From contig SCTR01000007.1 in assembly GCA_004297305.1 (NCBI GenBank), positions 293,586 to 357,585 on the forward strand: a stretch of 64,000 bases of DNA. The letters run 5' to 3'. The position numbers were made by a program, and so were the translations under genes. Below the pieces are notes generated by a model. That model saw nothing but the letters and a program-made list of their open reading frames with translations, had not been told where the DNA came from and did not search any database. Shown piece after piece: positions 9,207 to 19,009 of the stretch (position 1 is the first letter of the stretch; every line of letters begins with the position of its first letter). This DNA comes from Actinomycetota bacterium (GTDB taxonomy: Bacteria > Actinomycetota > Actinomycetes > S36-B12 > FW305-bin1).

Positions 9207-9977
9207 ATGGGCCTGCTCGAGGGCAAGCGACTGCTGATCACCGGCGTGCTGACCGACCAGTCGATCGCCTGGCACGTGGCCCGGTTGGCCCAGCAGGAGG
9301 GCGCCACGGTCGTGTTGTCGTCGTTCGGCCGGGCGCAGCGGCTCACCGAACGGGTCGCCGGCCGGTTGCCGACTCCGGCCCCGGTGATCCCGTTGGACGT
9401 CACCTCCGAGGACGACCTGGCCGCACTGGGCGACCGCCTCGCCGCGCACGTCGACGGCCTGGACGGCGTGCTGCACGCGGTCGCCTTCGCGCCGGAGGCC
9501 GCTCTCGGCGGCAACTTCGTCAACACCTCCTGGGAGGACGTGGCGACGGCGTTGCACGTGTCGGCGTACTCCCTGAAGGCCCTGTCCATGGCGTGCCTGC
9601 CGCTGTTCCCCGCTTCGGGCGGTTCCGTGGTCGGCCTGGACTTCGACGCGACGGTGGCCTGGCCCAAGTACGACTGGATGGGGGTGGCGAAGGCAGCGTT
9701 CGAGTCGACCGCGCGCTACCTGGCCCGGGAGCTCGGCCCCCGCGGGGTGCGCGTGAACCTCGTCGCCGCCGGACCTATCCGCACCATGGCCGCCAAGAGC
9801 ATCCCGGGCTTCGAGGACTTCGAGTCCGTGTGGAGCACCCGGGCGCCCATCGGCTGGGATCTGGACGACCCGGAACCGGCGGCACGCGGCTGCGCCGCGC
9901 TGCTGTCGGACTGGTTCCCTCGTACGACAGGGGAAATCGTGCACGTCGACGGCGGTGTCCACAGCCAGGGCGGCTGA
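9207..9977 (+). CDS. inhA: NADH-dependent enoyl-ACP reductase (InhA/FabI)
   Basis: 256 aa. GKRLLITGVLTDQSIAWHVA N-terminus and YDWMGVAKAAFES catalytic Tyr/Lys region typical of InhA. Confidence 0.9.
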   Translation: MGLLEGKRLLITGVLTDQSIAWHVARLAQQEGATVVLSSFGRAQRLTERVAGRLPTPAPVIPLDVTSEDDLAALGDRLAAHVDGLDGVLHAVAFAPEAALGGNFVNTSWEDVATALHVSAYSLKALSMACLPLFPASGGSVVGLDFDATVAWPKYDWMGVAKAAFESTARYLARELGPRGVRVNLVAAGPIRTMAAKSIPGFEDFESVWSTRAPIGWDLDDPEPAARGCAALLSDWFPRTTGEIVHVDGGVHSQGG

Positions 9978-9978
9978 G

Positions 9979-10497
9979 ATGTCCGAGCCGCTCGCGTCGA
10001 GCGACGCCCTCGCCGAACGGAACCTGCTCGTGCTGCGGCACGCCAAGTCGGACTGGCCGGCCGGCGTCGCCGACCAGGACCGGCCGCTGGCCGCGCGAGG
10101 TCGCCGAGATGCGCCGGAGGCCGGTCGCTGGATCGCGGCACAGGCCGGGGCGCCGGACCTCGCCGTCGTCTCCCCGGCCACCCGCACCCGGCAGACCTGG
10201 GAGCTGGTGAGCGCCCAGCTGCCTAGTGCCGTGACGGCGTCGTACGACGACCGGATCTACGACGCGACGACCGAGCAGCTGTACGCCGTCCTCCGCGAGG
10301 TCGACCAGACGGCGACCACGGTGGTGCTGGTCGGACACAACCCGGGCTGCCACGCCCTGGTCGACGAGCTGACCGATGGCGCGGCGCCGGCCAGGTACCC
10401 GACGTGCGGGCTGGCTCTGCTCGGCGTCACGGTGCCGTGGTCGCAGCTGCAGCCGGGGACCGCGCGGTTGCTGGCGTTCGCCGTACCGCGGGGCTAG
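9979..10497 (+). CDS. histidine phosphatase family protein (SixA-like)
   Basis: LLVLRHAKSDW (RHG-type motif) and VLVGHNPG. ATG at 9979 lies 1 nt after the inhA stop. The track start at 9955 would overlap inhA. Confidence 0.7.
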   Translation: MSEPLASSDALAERNLLVLRHAKSDWPAGVADQDRPLAARGRRDAPEAGRWIAAQAGAPDLAVVSPATRTRQTWELVSAQLPSAVTASYDDRIYDATTEQLYAVLREVDQTATTVVLVGHNPGCHALVDELTDGAAPARYPTCGLALLGVTVPWSQLQPGTARLLAFAVPRG

Positions 10498-10513
10498 GAC
10501 CGCCCGCCCACCG

Positions 10514-11734
10514 TCAGCGGACCGGGGGAGCAGGGGTGGCGACGCCGTCGCGGGCGTCGGCCTCCTCGATCTCCTCGCGGGTGATCCCGAGCAGGTAGAG
10601 GACCGAGTCCAGGTAGGGCGTGCTGACCGCGGCGTCGGCGGCCTGCCGGACGACCGGCTTGGCGTTGAACGCGATGCCGAGGCCCGCCACCGCGATCATG
10701 TCGAGGTCGTTGGCCCCGTCGCCGACGGCGATCGTGCGCGACAGCGGGATCGCATGCAGCGCAGCGAAATCGAGCAGCGCTTGCGCCTTTCCCTCCCGGT
10801 CGACCACGGGACCGACGACCCTGCCGGTCAGCCGCCCGTCAACGACCTCGAGTTCGTTGGCGCGAAGGTCGGTGATGCCGAGGTCGGCCGCCACGGGCTC
10901 GACGACCTGGGTGAAGCCGCCGCTGACCAGCGCGACGCGGTAGCCGAGACGTTGCAAGGTGCGGACCAGAGTGCGCGCCCCGGGGGTGAGCCGGACCTGC
11001 TCGCGTACGGCGTCGAGCACGCTGGCCGGTAGCCCGGCCAGCAGTGCCACCCGCGCGTGCAGTGAGGCGGCGAAATCCAGTTCGCCGCGCATCGCCCGAG
11101 CCGTGATGTCCGCGACTGCCGGTTCCTGGCCGGCGTGCCCGGCCAGCAGTTCGATGACCTCGTCTTGGATGAGCGTCGAATCGACGTCCATCACCAGCAG
11201 GTGCCGGCCCCGGCGGTCCAGACCGACGGCCTGGACGGCGACGTCGACGCCGCACGTCGCGGCGGAGTCCGAGAGCGCGGCGCGCAGCGCGACGGCGTCG
11301 TCCGACCCGGAGACGTCGAGTTCGATGGCTGTCACCGGATACGCCGCGACGCGGGCGATCCGGTCGATGTTCGCGCCGACCTCCGCTGCCCGTCGGGCCA
11401 ACGCGGCGACGGCGTCGGGGCGCAGCGGCGACCCGATGACGGTGACGCGCAACGAACTGCGCCGGCGGCCACCGGTCTCGGCCGAGCCGGGCACGACGTC
11501 GAGCGCCATGCCCAGCGAGGTCGCGGTCACCTCCGCGCGGTCGGCGATGGCCGCGGCGTCGGCCCGGTCGCCCAGCCGCAGCAGCACGCCCAGCAGGAGC
11601 CGGCCCCGCACGACGACCTGCTCGATGTCGGCAACCTCGACGTCGTCGTCACCGAGGATGCCGAACAGCGCGGCGGTGACACCGGGCCTGTCGGGACCGG
11701 CCAGCGTCAGCAGCAGGGTGGGCGCGGGGTCCAT
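10514..11734 (-). CDS. serB: phosphoserine phosphatase SerB (ACT domains plus HAD domain)
   Basis: Trimmed to MDPAPTLLLTLAG. N-terminal ACT-like repeats. HAD motif I LLVMDVDSTLIQDE and C-terminal VGDGANDLDM. Confidence 0.85.
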   Translation of the reverse strand: MDPAPTLLLTLAGPDRPGVTAALFGILGDDDVEVADIEQVVVRGRLLLGVLLRLGDRADAAAIADRAEVTATSLGMALDVVPGSAETGGRRRSSLRVTVIGSPLRPDAVAALARRAAEVGANIDRIARVAAYPVTAIELDVSGSDDAVALRAALSDSAATCGVDVAVQAVGLDRRGRHLLVMDVDSTLIQDEVIELLAGHAGQEPAVADITARAMRGELDFAASLHARVALLAGLPASVLDAVREQVRLTPGARTLVRTLQRLGYRVALVSGGFTQVVEPVAADLGITDLRANELEVVDGRLTGRVVGPVVDREGKAQALLDFAALHAIPLSRTIAVGDGANDLDMIAVAGLGIAFNAKPVVRQAADAAVSTPYLDSVLYLLGITREEIEEADARDGVATPAPPVR

Positions 11735-11747
11735 AGCGGCCGACAGG

Positions 11748-12521
11748 CTACCGGCGGCGCTGCGGGACCGGTTCGACCGCAGCGTGGAACGCCGCCGCGG
11801 CGGCGTGCCGTGCCAGCCCGTCGAGGGGCTGCAACGCCGCGGCACGCGCGGCGGCCTGCCCGGCGGTCATCGCGGCACCGTCGTCGGCAGCGGCGTATTC
11901 GACCAGGACCCGCAGCCGCAGCGCTCGGTGCAGGACCTGCAGGGCACGGCTGGACGTACCGGGCGGCATCCGGAGCCGGTCGAGTGCCTGCTCGAGCGAA
12001 CGCAACTGACCGGACAGTTGTTCGCGGCCGCGTGCCACGTCCAGCGCGGCGAGCGCAGCGGTGGCCTCCCGAAGGCCCTCCGCAAGCGCCCGGTCGGCCT
12101 CGGCGAGCGAGGACACGGCCGGCGGCGCCAACCGGCGGCTGGTGGGCAGCACGAACCACGTTGTGCCGCTGCCGGTTTCGCGCTGCGGTACGAGGCCCAG
12201 CCCGCCCTCGGCCGTCGCGCCGGCGACGAGCACGGCCTCGCCGGCGGCCAGCGCGGCTTCGTTGAACGACGCCGGCCCCGGCAGACCGGACACGTCGCCC
12301 GGCGCGGGCAGGCAGACCCGGAAACCCGTCGCCCCGGCCGCGCGCAACCGCCCCAGGGCCACCGGCCAGGACACGGGACCGTCTTCGCCGGGAGCGCCGG
12401 CCACCCGGTGCGGCACACCGGCCCCGGCGATCGCCGCGGCCGCGTCATCGGGGGAGACCAGACCCTGCAACCAGGCGTTGGCCCAGGCCGCCACGAGCCC
12501 GGACCGGGGGACGACCGGCAT
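11748..12521 (-). CDS. conserved hypothetical protein
   Basis: C-terminal 258 aa of track ORF 11748..13430, from in-frame ATG at 12521 (MPVVPRSGLVAAW). The upstream part of that ORF is antisense to the ABC ATPase gene. No motif recognised. Confidence 0.5.
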   Translation of the reverse strand: MPVVPRSGLVAAWANAWLQGLVSPDDAAAAIAGAGVPHRVAGAPGEDGPVSWPVALGRLRAAGATGFRVCLPAPGDVSGLPGPASFNEAALAAGEAVLVAGATAEGGLGLVPQRETGSGTTWFVLPTSRRLAPPAVSSLAEADRALAEGLREATAALAALDVARGREQLSGQLRSLEQALDRLRMPPGTSSRALQVLHRALRLRVLVEYAAADDGAAMTAGQAAARAAALQPLDGLARHAAAAAFHAAVEPVPQRRR

Positions 12522-12608
12522 GGCGCCAGGGTAGGCGAGCGTCCCGCTAGGGTCGCGACGCACATCCGACGGGGAGCCGCACCACGACCAGAAGCGAAGG
12601 GAGCCGGC

Positions 12609-13391
12609 GTGAGCGAGGTGCTGCGGCTGCGCGGCGTCACCGTCGTGCGCGGCGGCCGCAACATCGTCGACAACCTCGACTGGTCGGTGCATGAGGACGA
12701 GCGCTGGGTCGTGCTCGGGCCCAACGGCGCCGGCAAGACGACGATCACGTCGATGGCCGCGACGCTGCTGCATCCCACGGCCGGCACCGTGGACATCCTG
12801 GGCGAGCGACTCGGCCGGATCGACGTGTTCGAACTGCGCACCCGCATCGGGCTGGCCAGCGTGAGCCTGGCCGAACTCGTGCCGCCGACCGAACGGGTCG
12901 GCGATGTCGTGGTGACGGCGGCCTGGGCGGTGGCAGGTCGCTGGCGGGAGTCGTACGACGCCGCTGACACCCTGCGGGCCCGCGCTCTGCTGGACCAGGT
13001 CGGTGCCGCTCACCTGATCGAGCGTCGCTTCGGGACCCTGTCGGAGGGGGAGAAGAAGCGGGTGCAGCTCGCCCGTGCGCTGATGACCGACCCGGAACTG
13101 TTGCTGTTGGACGAACCAGCCGCCGGACTCGACCTCGGCGCCCGGGAGGACCTGGTGCGCCGGCTGTCCGGCCTGGCGGCCGACCCCGCGTCGCCCGCAT
13201 TGGTCCTGGTCACCCATCACGTCGAGGAGATCCCGCCCGGTTTCACCCACGTCCTGCTGCTGCGCGACGGCCGCGCGGTGGCGCAGGGACCGCTGCGGTC
13301 GACGATGTCGTCCTCGGCACTGTCGGCGACATTCGGGATCCCGTTGCGGCTCAGGCGCTTCGACGATCGCTGGACGGCCCGCGCAGCCTGA
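12609..13391 (+). CDS. ABC transporter ATP-binding protein (stand-alone ATPase)
   Basis: GTG at 12609. Walker A GPNGAGKTT, signature LSEGEKKRVQLARAL, Walker B LLLLDEPAAGLD. Confidence 0.85.
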   Translation: MSEVLRLRGVTVVRGGRNIVDNLDWSVHEDERWVVLGPNGAGKTTITSMAATLLHPTAGTVDILGERLGRIDVFELRTRIGLASVSLAELVPPTERVGDVVVTAAWAVAGRWRESYDAADTLRARALLDQVGAAHLIERRFGTLSEGEKKRVQLARALMTDPELLLLDEPAAGLDLGAREDLVRRLSGLAADPASPALVLVTHHVEEIPPGFTHVLLLRDGRAVAQGPLRSTMSSSALSATFGIPLRLRRFDDRWTARAA

Positions 13392-13483
13392 CGGTGACAT
13401 CGGAACGGGCCGGCGACGTTGTGTAGGCAAACTCCGTGAACTCCGCCGGGGGCCGTGACGCCGACTCGGCGTACGCTCAACGC

Positions 13484-13852
13484 ATGACGGGGATGACGCG
13501 CCACGTGCCGCGTGCGCTCGTCCTCGGACCGTTTGGCTGTGCCTATGTGGCTGCCGTGACGCTGCTGTACGTCGTCAACTTCGTGGCCCACTCGCCGTGG
13601 CTGCCACTGGTGGTCTGGGCGCTATTGTCGCCGGCCGGGATGATCTGGCCATTGGCCTTCTACAGCCTCGCCTATGCCACTGCTGTGACGACAAATCCCG
13701 TCGCCTCCGTCGTGGCCTACGGCCTGCTTATCCTGCACCCCGCCGCCTTCGCGTACGTCAACGCCATCGTCGTCTCAGCGACGGCCCGAGGAGTCCGCAC
13801 ACTGTGGCGAGCGAGTCGGCCGGGCCGCTCGGCCAGCGGCCCTGACAGCTGA
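13484..13852 (+). CDS. hypothetical small membrane protein
   Basis: Track ORF 13436..13852. Three or four hydrophobic segments. Start uncertain (13436, 13484 or 13493). Lies in a lower-GC patch. Confidence 0.45.
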   Translation: MTGMTRHVPRALVLGPFGCAYVAAVTLLYVVNFVAHSPWLPLVVWALLSPAGMIWPLAFYSLAYATAVTTNPVASVVAYGLLILHPAAFAYVNAIVVSATARGVRTLWRASRPGRSASGPDS

Positions 13853-13970
13853 CCTGCAGAACGCTTCTCCGACAGTTCAACTCGGCGGCTGCAGTGGCCG
13901 TAGGGTCAGCTAGCGACCACCTTCGTCGGACAGCTTCTCGTCTTCCGTCAACAGCAATTCCCACTCTGCA

Positions 13971-14435
13971 TCAGCGACGATCGCAGGCCGGCAGATCCTG
14001 GGGAAGAAGATCCATGGCAGTAGTAGGTAGGGCCACCACCGTGACTGCCTTCCGCTGACCACTGCCGTCCCGAAACCTCAGACGGACGTAGTCGCGGCCG
14101 ACGTACGCTTGACGCGGGGAGGCCAAGCAGGCGCTGCTGACGTCGATTCTGACTGTGCGGTAGGGGTTGACGACCAGTATTTGAGCGTCCTGTATGTCGA
14201 CTCGCACCCGCAGGAACCGGGCTACCACCGCCACAAATGTCACAACGGTGGCGATCACAGCTGCGCAGCTGAGCGCAACGTCGGATTCAGGGAATGCATA
14301 GTGCCCCACGACGAACACCACGGTCCCGGCTGCGCCCCCCGCGATCCCGCCCGCGATACCGCCGACGCGAAGGTTCCAGCCGATCGACCTATAGGAGCGC
14401 ATTGCGGCCACCAATCCGGGAGGTTCTGTCAGCAC
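13971..14435 (-). CDS. hypothetical membrane protein with possible C-terminal bacterial PH-like domain
   Basis: 154 aa. Two TM segments, then ILVVNPYRTVRIDVSS, reminiscent of membrane-anchored bacterial PH domains. Assignment tentative. Confidence 0.45.
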   Translation of the reverse strand: MLTEPPGLVAAMRSYRSIGWNLRVGGIAGGIAGGAAGTVVFVVGHYAFPESDVALSCAAVIATVVTFVAVVARFLRVRVDIQDAQILVVNPYRTVRIDVSSACLASPRQAYVGRDYVRLRFRDGSGQRKAVTVVALPTTAMDLLPQDLPACDRR

Positions 14436-14551
14436 ATCGTCCCAAGGTCCGAGGTGGCTCCCGGCTTGTCAGTCACCCGGCGGATCGGCCGGGCGCCCGC
14501 AGCGACCACGGCTGTGGCGCATCCACCGCTCCCGACTCCTACGATCGCGAT

Positions 14552-14974
14552 ATGGACGCGTGGGTGTGGTGGCTGATCGCGGCAGCAGTGCTCGCCGTGG
14601 TCGAAGTGCTGACCGTGGATCTCGTCGCGATCATGCTGGCCGGCGGCGCCGCGGCCGCGGCGATCGCGTCGGCGGTCGGGGCACCGGCGCCGGTTTCCTT
14701 CCTCGTCTTCGCTGCCGTCTCCGCCTTGCTGCTGCTGGTGCTCCGGCCGGTCGCCAAACGGCACCTGACCCGTGGCCCGGTACTGCGCAGCGGGACCGAC
14801 GCATTGCGTGGGCAGCAGGCCCTGGTGCTCGAACGGGTGGACGGCCGCGACGGCAGGGTGAAGCTCGGCGGCGAGATCTGGTCCGCCCGGGCGTACGACG
14901 AGACCTCGGCGTACGACGTAGGCACTAGCGTGCAGGTCATCGCGATCTCAGGAGCGACCGCGCTCGTCGGCTGA
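14552..14974 (+). CDS. NfeD family protein
   Basis: Trimmed to MDAWVWWLIAAAVLAVVE. Two or three TM helices plus C-terminal OB-like GRVKLGGEIWSARA, immediately upstream of an SPFH gene (the classical NfeD-SPFH pair). Confidence 0.75.
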   Translation: MDAWVWWLIAAAVLAVVEVLTVDLVAIMLAGGAAAAAIASAVGAPAPVSFLVFAAVSALLLLVLRPVAKRHLTRGPVLRSGTDALRGQQALVLERVDGRDGRVKLGGEIWSARAYDETSAYDVGTSVQVIAISGATALVG

Positions 14975-15025
14975 ACGCGTCGGCTGGACAACCCACGGCG
15001 CCAGCCGCACCGGAGAGGGGCAGGA

Positions 15026-15940
15026 GTGGAAGGGACGTCGCTCGGCATTCTGATCGCGGCCATTCTCGTCGCGATCTTCGTCCTCGTGACCATCGCCAAG
15101 GGTGTGCGGATCGTGCCGCAGGCCAACGCCGGAATCGTCGAGCGGCTCGGTCGCTACCACCGCACGCTGCTGCCGGGCCTGTCGCTGCTGATCCCGTACA
15201 TCGATTCCCTCAAGCCGCTCATCGACATGCGGGAACAGGTCGTCTCGTTCCCGCCGCAGCCGGTGATCACCGAGGACAACCTCGTCGTCAACATCGACAC
15301 AGTCATCTACTTCCAGGTCACCGACCCCAAGGCCGCGACGTACGAGATCGCGAACTACCTGTCCGGCATCGAGCAGCTGACCATCACCACGCTGCGCAAC
15401 GTCATCGGGTCGTTGGACCTCGAGGACGCGCTGACCAGCCGCGACAAGATCAACGCGGCGTTGCGCGGCGTACTCGACGAGGCGACGGGCAAGTGGGGTA
15501 TCCGGGTCAACCGGGTGGAGATCAAGGCGATCGACCCGCCGGCCAGCGTGCAGGAGTCGATGGAGAAGCAGATGCGGGCCGAACGCGATCGCCGCGCCAC
15601 GATCCTGTCGGCGGAGGGCTCCAAGCAGGGCGCCATCCTCACCGCCGAAGGGGACCGGCAGGCGGCCATCCTGCGCGCCGAGGGCGACGCGCAGGCGCAA
15701 GTCCTTCGCGCCCAGGGTGAAGCGGAGGCGCTGACGAAGGTGTTCGACGCCGTCCACGCCGCGAACCCCGATGCGCAGATGCTCGCGTACCAGTACCTGC
15801 AGGCGCTTCCGGAACTCGCCCAGGGCAGCGCCAACAAGGTGTGGGTGCTGCCGCTGGAACTCTCCCGGGCGATGGAGGGCCTGGCGACGGCCTTCCGCCC
15901 GGCAGCCGCGCCGGAGGTGGCCCCGACCGATCGGGCATGA
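15026..15940 (+). CDS. SPFH/band 7 (stomatin-like) domain protein
   Basis: 304 aa. N-terminal TM anchor, VRIVPQANAGIVERLGRYHR and the SPFH core, then a coiled-coil AEG-repeat region. Confidence 0.9.
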   Translation: MEGTSLGILIAAILVAIFVLVTIAKGVRIVPQANAGIVERLGRYHRTLLPGLSLLIPYIDSLKPLIDMREQVVSFPPQPVITEDNLVVNIDTVIYFQVTDPKAATYEIANYLSGIEQLTITTLRNVIGSLDLEDALTSRDKINAALRGVLDEATGKWGIRVNRVEIKAIDPPASVQESMEKQMRAERDRRATILSAEGSKQGAILTAEGDRQAAILRAEGDAQAQVLRAQGEAEALTKVFDAVHAANPDAQMLAYQYLQALPELAQGSANKVWVLPLELSRAMEGLATAFRPAAAPEVAPTDRA

Positions 15941-16707
15941 CCGCCTGGTCGGCCCTGCTGCTCGTCCTTGCAGGCGTCGCCGCCGGCGGCATCAACGCGG
16001 TCGTCGGGTCCGGCACGCTGCTGACCTACCCGACGCTGCTCGCCTTCGGCCTGAACCCGGTGCTGGCCAACGGCACCAACACGACCGGGCTGTGCGTGGG
16101 AGGCCTCGCCGGCGCCGTCGGCTACCGGCGGGAACTGGCCGGCCGCCGCGCCCGGATGGTGCGGCTGGCCACCCTCGCCGCGGCCGGCGGCCTCGCCGGC
16201 GCCGTCCTTGTCGTGGCGCTGCCGGAGTCCGTCTTCGTCTTCGTCGTGCCGTGGCTCATCGTCGGAGCCTGTGTGCTCATGCTGGTGCAGCCCCGCGTCA
16301 CCCGGTGGCTGCGCGCACGCTCCGGTGACGTCGCCATCCACGAACATCCACGCAGCGGCCTGCTGCGCGGCGGAGCGGTCACCGGCGCCGCGGTGTACGG
16401 CGGGTACTTCGGAGCCGCCCAGGGTGTCGTGTTCATGGCCGTGCTGTGCCTGCTCGACGACCCGGATGTGCAGCGCAGCAACGCGGCGAAGAACCTCTTG
16501 GCCGGGACCGCGAACACCGCAGCCGCCGTGACGTTCATCGTCACCGGCCGGGTCTTGTGGTGGGCCGCGATCGCCCTGGCGGTCGGCTCGATCGCCGGTG
16601 GTCTGCTGGGCGCGCGTGTCGCCCGACGACTGCCCGCCGGCGTGCTGCGGGCGCTCGTCGTCGGTGTCGGGCTGGTCGCGGCGGTCGTTGTCCTGGTGAG
16701 GTTCTGA
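15937..16707 (+). CDS. TauE/SafE family sulfite-exporter-like membrane protein
   Basis: ATG at 15937 overlaps the SPFH stop (ATGA). About 8 TM segments. GGINAVVGSGTLLTYP motif typical of TauE/SafE. Confidence 0.8.
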   Translation: MTAWSALLLVLAGVAAGGINAVVGSGTLLTYPTLLAFGLNPVLANGTNTTGLCVGGLAGAVGYRRELAGRRARMVRLATLAAAGGLAGAVLVVALPESVFVFVVPWLIVGACVLMLVQPRVTRWLRARSGDVAIHEHPRSGLLRGGAVTGAAVYGGYFGAAQGVVFMAVLCLLDDPDVQRSNAAKNLLAGTANTAAAVTFIVTGRVLWWAAIALAVGSIAGGLLGARVARRLPAGVLRALVVGVGLVAAVVVLVRF

Positions 16708-16708
16708 C

Positions 16709-17554
16709 ATGCCGGTGATCGGCGTACAGGACCGCGACGATCCGCGATTGTCGGATTTCACCGGCCTCACCGATGTCGCCGCGCGGCAACGCCGGGAGCC
16801 GGCCGACGGCATCTTCATCGCCGAGGGGGAGAAGGTGATCGCCCGGACCGTCGCAGCCGGCTACCGAGTGCGCTGCGTGCTCACCGAACAACGCTGGCTG
16901 CCCGGCCTGCGCAACTGCTTGGGCAACAGCGACATCGACGTGTACGTCGCCGACGAGACGCTGCTGCGCTCCATCACCGGCTACCGGGTCCACCGGGGCG
17001 CGCTCGCCTCGGTCGCCCGGCGGCCGTTGCCCGCCGTCCCGGATCTGGTCACCGGCGCGCGCCGGCTGGTCGTGCTGGAAGACCTCGTCGACCACACGAA
17101 CGTGGGTGCGGTGTTCCGGTCCGCGGCCGCGCTGGGAACCGATGCCGTGGTGATCTCGCCACAGTGCGCCGACCCGCTGTACCGCCGCAGCATCAAGGTG
17201 TCGATGGGCGCGTCCCTCACGTTGCCGTGGACACGCTCCACCGCTTGGCCGGCGGACCTGGATCTGCTGCGGCAGTCGGGGATGGAACTGCTCGCGCTGA
17301 CGCCGGACGCAGCCGCTGAACCGCTCGACGCGGTGGCACGGGAACTGTCGGCGATGCCGCTGGCGCTGCTGGTCGGCACTGAGGGCGACGGTCTCACCTC
17401 GGCGACGCTGGCCCGCTGCACTCGCCGGGTCCGAATCCCGATGGCCGGCGGCATCGACTCCCTCAACGCCGCCGCCGCTGCGGCGGTGGCCTGCTGGGAA
17501 CTGCGTCCGGCCGCCACCGGCCCGGCGTCGACGCGTCGAGCGCCCGGCGTCTGA
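16709..17554 (+). CDS. TrmH/SpoU family RNA 2'-O-methyltransferase
   Basis: 281 aa. SpoU motifs LEDLVDHTNVGAVFRSAAALG and IPMAGGIDSLNAAAAAAV. Confidence 0.85.
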   Translation: MPVIGVQDRDDPRLSDFTGLTDVAARQRREPADGIFIAEGEKVIARTVAAGYRVRCVLTEQRWLPGLRNCLGNSDIDVYVADETLLRSITGYRVHRGALASVARRPLPAVPDLVTGARRLVVLEDLVDHTNVGAVFRSAAALGTDAVVISPQCADPLYRRSIKVSMGASLTLPWTRSTAWPADLDLLRQSGMELLALTPDAAAEPLDAVARELSAMPLALLVGTEGDGLTSATLARCTRRVRIPMAGGIDSLNAAAAAAVACWELRPAATGPASTRRAPGV

Positions 17555-17567
17555 GAAGGTGCCGGGC

Positions 17568-18173
17568 ATGGCCGAGATCGTGCTGATCCGTCACGGGGAG
17601 ACCGCCTGGAGCCGGGCCGGGCGGCACGCCGGTCGCACCGACATCCCGCTGACGTCGCACGGCGAGGCGGCGGCCCGTTCGTTGGCCGGCGGGCTTGCCC
17701 ACCGGCCGTTCGGGCTGGTCCTGGTCAGCCCGCTCGCCCGCGCGGTACGCACCGCGGCGTTGGCCGGGCTGCCCAGCGACGACCGCGATCCGGATCTGGT
17801 CGAGTGGGACTACGGCGAGTTCGAAGGCCGCACGACCCCGGACATCCGGCGGGACCTCGGCGATCCAGGCTGGTCGATCTGGGACGCCCGCATCGGCCCG
17901 GGCTCGACACCGGGGGAGCAACCTGACGACGTGGCCGACCGCTGCCGGCGCGTCCTCGCCCGCTGTGCGCCGGTGCTGGCCAGCGGCCGCGACTGTGCGC
18001 TGGTCGCACACGGCCACCTGCTACGGATCCTCACCGCGACCTGGCTGGACCTCGCCGCGACCTGCGCCCGGCTGTGGGCCCTGGACGCCGGCGCGCTGTC
18101 CGCCCTCGGCCACGAACACGAGCAGCGCGTCATCCAGCACTGGAACGTCCCCGCCCCCGCTGCCGACGGCTGA
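17568..18173 (+). CDS. histidine phosphatase family protein
   Basis: MAEIVLIRHGETAWS (RHGE motif) and VAHGHLLR. ATG at 17568 preferred over the GTG at 17559. Confidence 0.8.
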   Translation: MAEIVLIRHGETAWSRAGRHAGRTDIPLTSHGEAAARSLAGGLAHRPFGLVLVSPLARAVRTAALAGLPSDDRDPDLVEWDYGEFEGRTTPDIRRDLGDPGWSIWDARIGPGSTPGEQPDDVADRCRRVLARCAPVLASGRDCALVAHGHLLRILTATWLDLAATCARLWALDAGALSALGHEHEQRVIQHWNVPAPAADG

Positions 18174-18368
18174 GCCTCCGGACGTCCCGTACGTCCCGCT
18201 GCCAACTGGACTCCCGCTGCCCGGCTGGAGTGTCGACGTCGCCGCCGCCCCATCTCGCCGCCCGCGGCCGGAGAGATCATCGGAGGCGTCGCCGGCCGGA
18301 TGGGAGGATGTCCCGGCCGTACGCCCGCACCCGGCTACACCGTTGCCGGACAGCGTCCGAGGAGGACC

Positions 18369-18914
18369 GTGAACGAGACAGCCGACGTCGCCGAGGTCGC
18401 CTCGGGGTGGCTCGAGCCGCACGCGCTGGAGGACGCCCGGGCGCGGCTGCCCGTGGTGTACGTCGACGCCGTACCGGTCCGGGTGGATCCACTGGGTCAG
18501 GTGACCGAAGTCGGTCTGCTGCTTCGCGCCCGGCCGGACGGCAGCATCAGCCGCGCCATCGTCTCCGGCCGCGTCCTGTACGCCGAGCGCGTGCGTACCG
18601 CCCTGCTGCGCCACCTGGAGAAGGACTTGGGGCCCATGGCGTTGCCTCGGCTGCCCCCGGCACCGCAACCATTCACCGTCGTTGAGTACTTCCCGGATCC
18701 GTCGGTGACCGGCTTCCACGACCCGCGGCAGCACGCGGTCAGTCTGGCGTTCGTGGTTCCGGTCGACGGCGACTGCGCGCCATCGCACGACGCCCTCGAC
18801 CTGTCGTGGCTCTCGCCGGAGGAGGCGGTGAGTCCGCAGGTCCAGCTGGAGATGGCCGGCGGGCACGACAAGGTGCTGCGGTTGGCGATGGCCCACGTCG
18901 GCCGGCTGCCCTAG
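18369..18914 (+). CDS. NUDIX-fold DUF4916-like protein
   Basis: GTG at 18369 preceded by gaggagga. Sequence LPVVYVDAVPVRVDPLGQVTEVGLLLR resembles the DUF4916/NUDIX-like family as I recall it. No intact NUDIX box seen. Confidence 0.6.
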   Translation: MNETADVAEVASGWLEPHALEDARARLPVVYVDAVPVRVDPLGQVTEVGLLLRARPDGSISRAIVSGRVLYAERVRTALLRHLEKDLGPMALPRLPPAPQPFTVVEYFPDPSVTGFHDPRQHAVSLAFVVPVDGDCAPSHDALDLSWLSPEEAVSPQVQLEMAGGHDKVLRLAMAHVGRLP

Positions 18915-19009
18915 CCGTTCCCCGGAGCCGGCCCGGCCGCGGTACGGCGTCGCCCCGCAGCCCCGCACCGGTGTCGGCCAGCAGAATCAGGGTGCCGGTG
19001 GCCCCGTCG

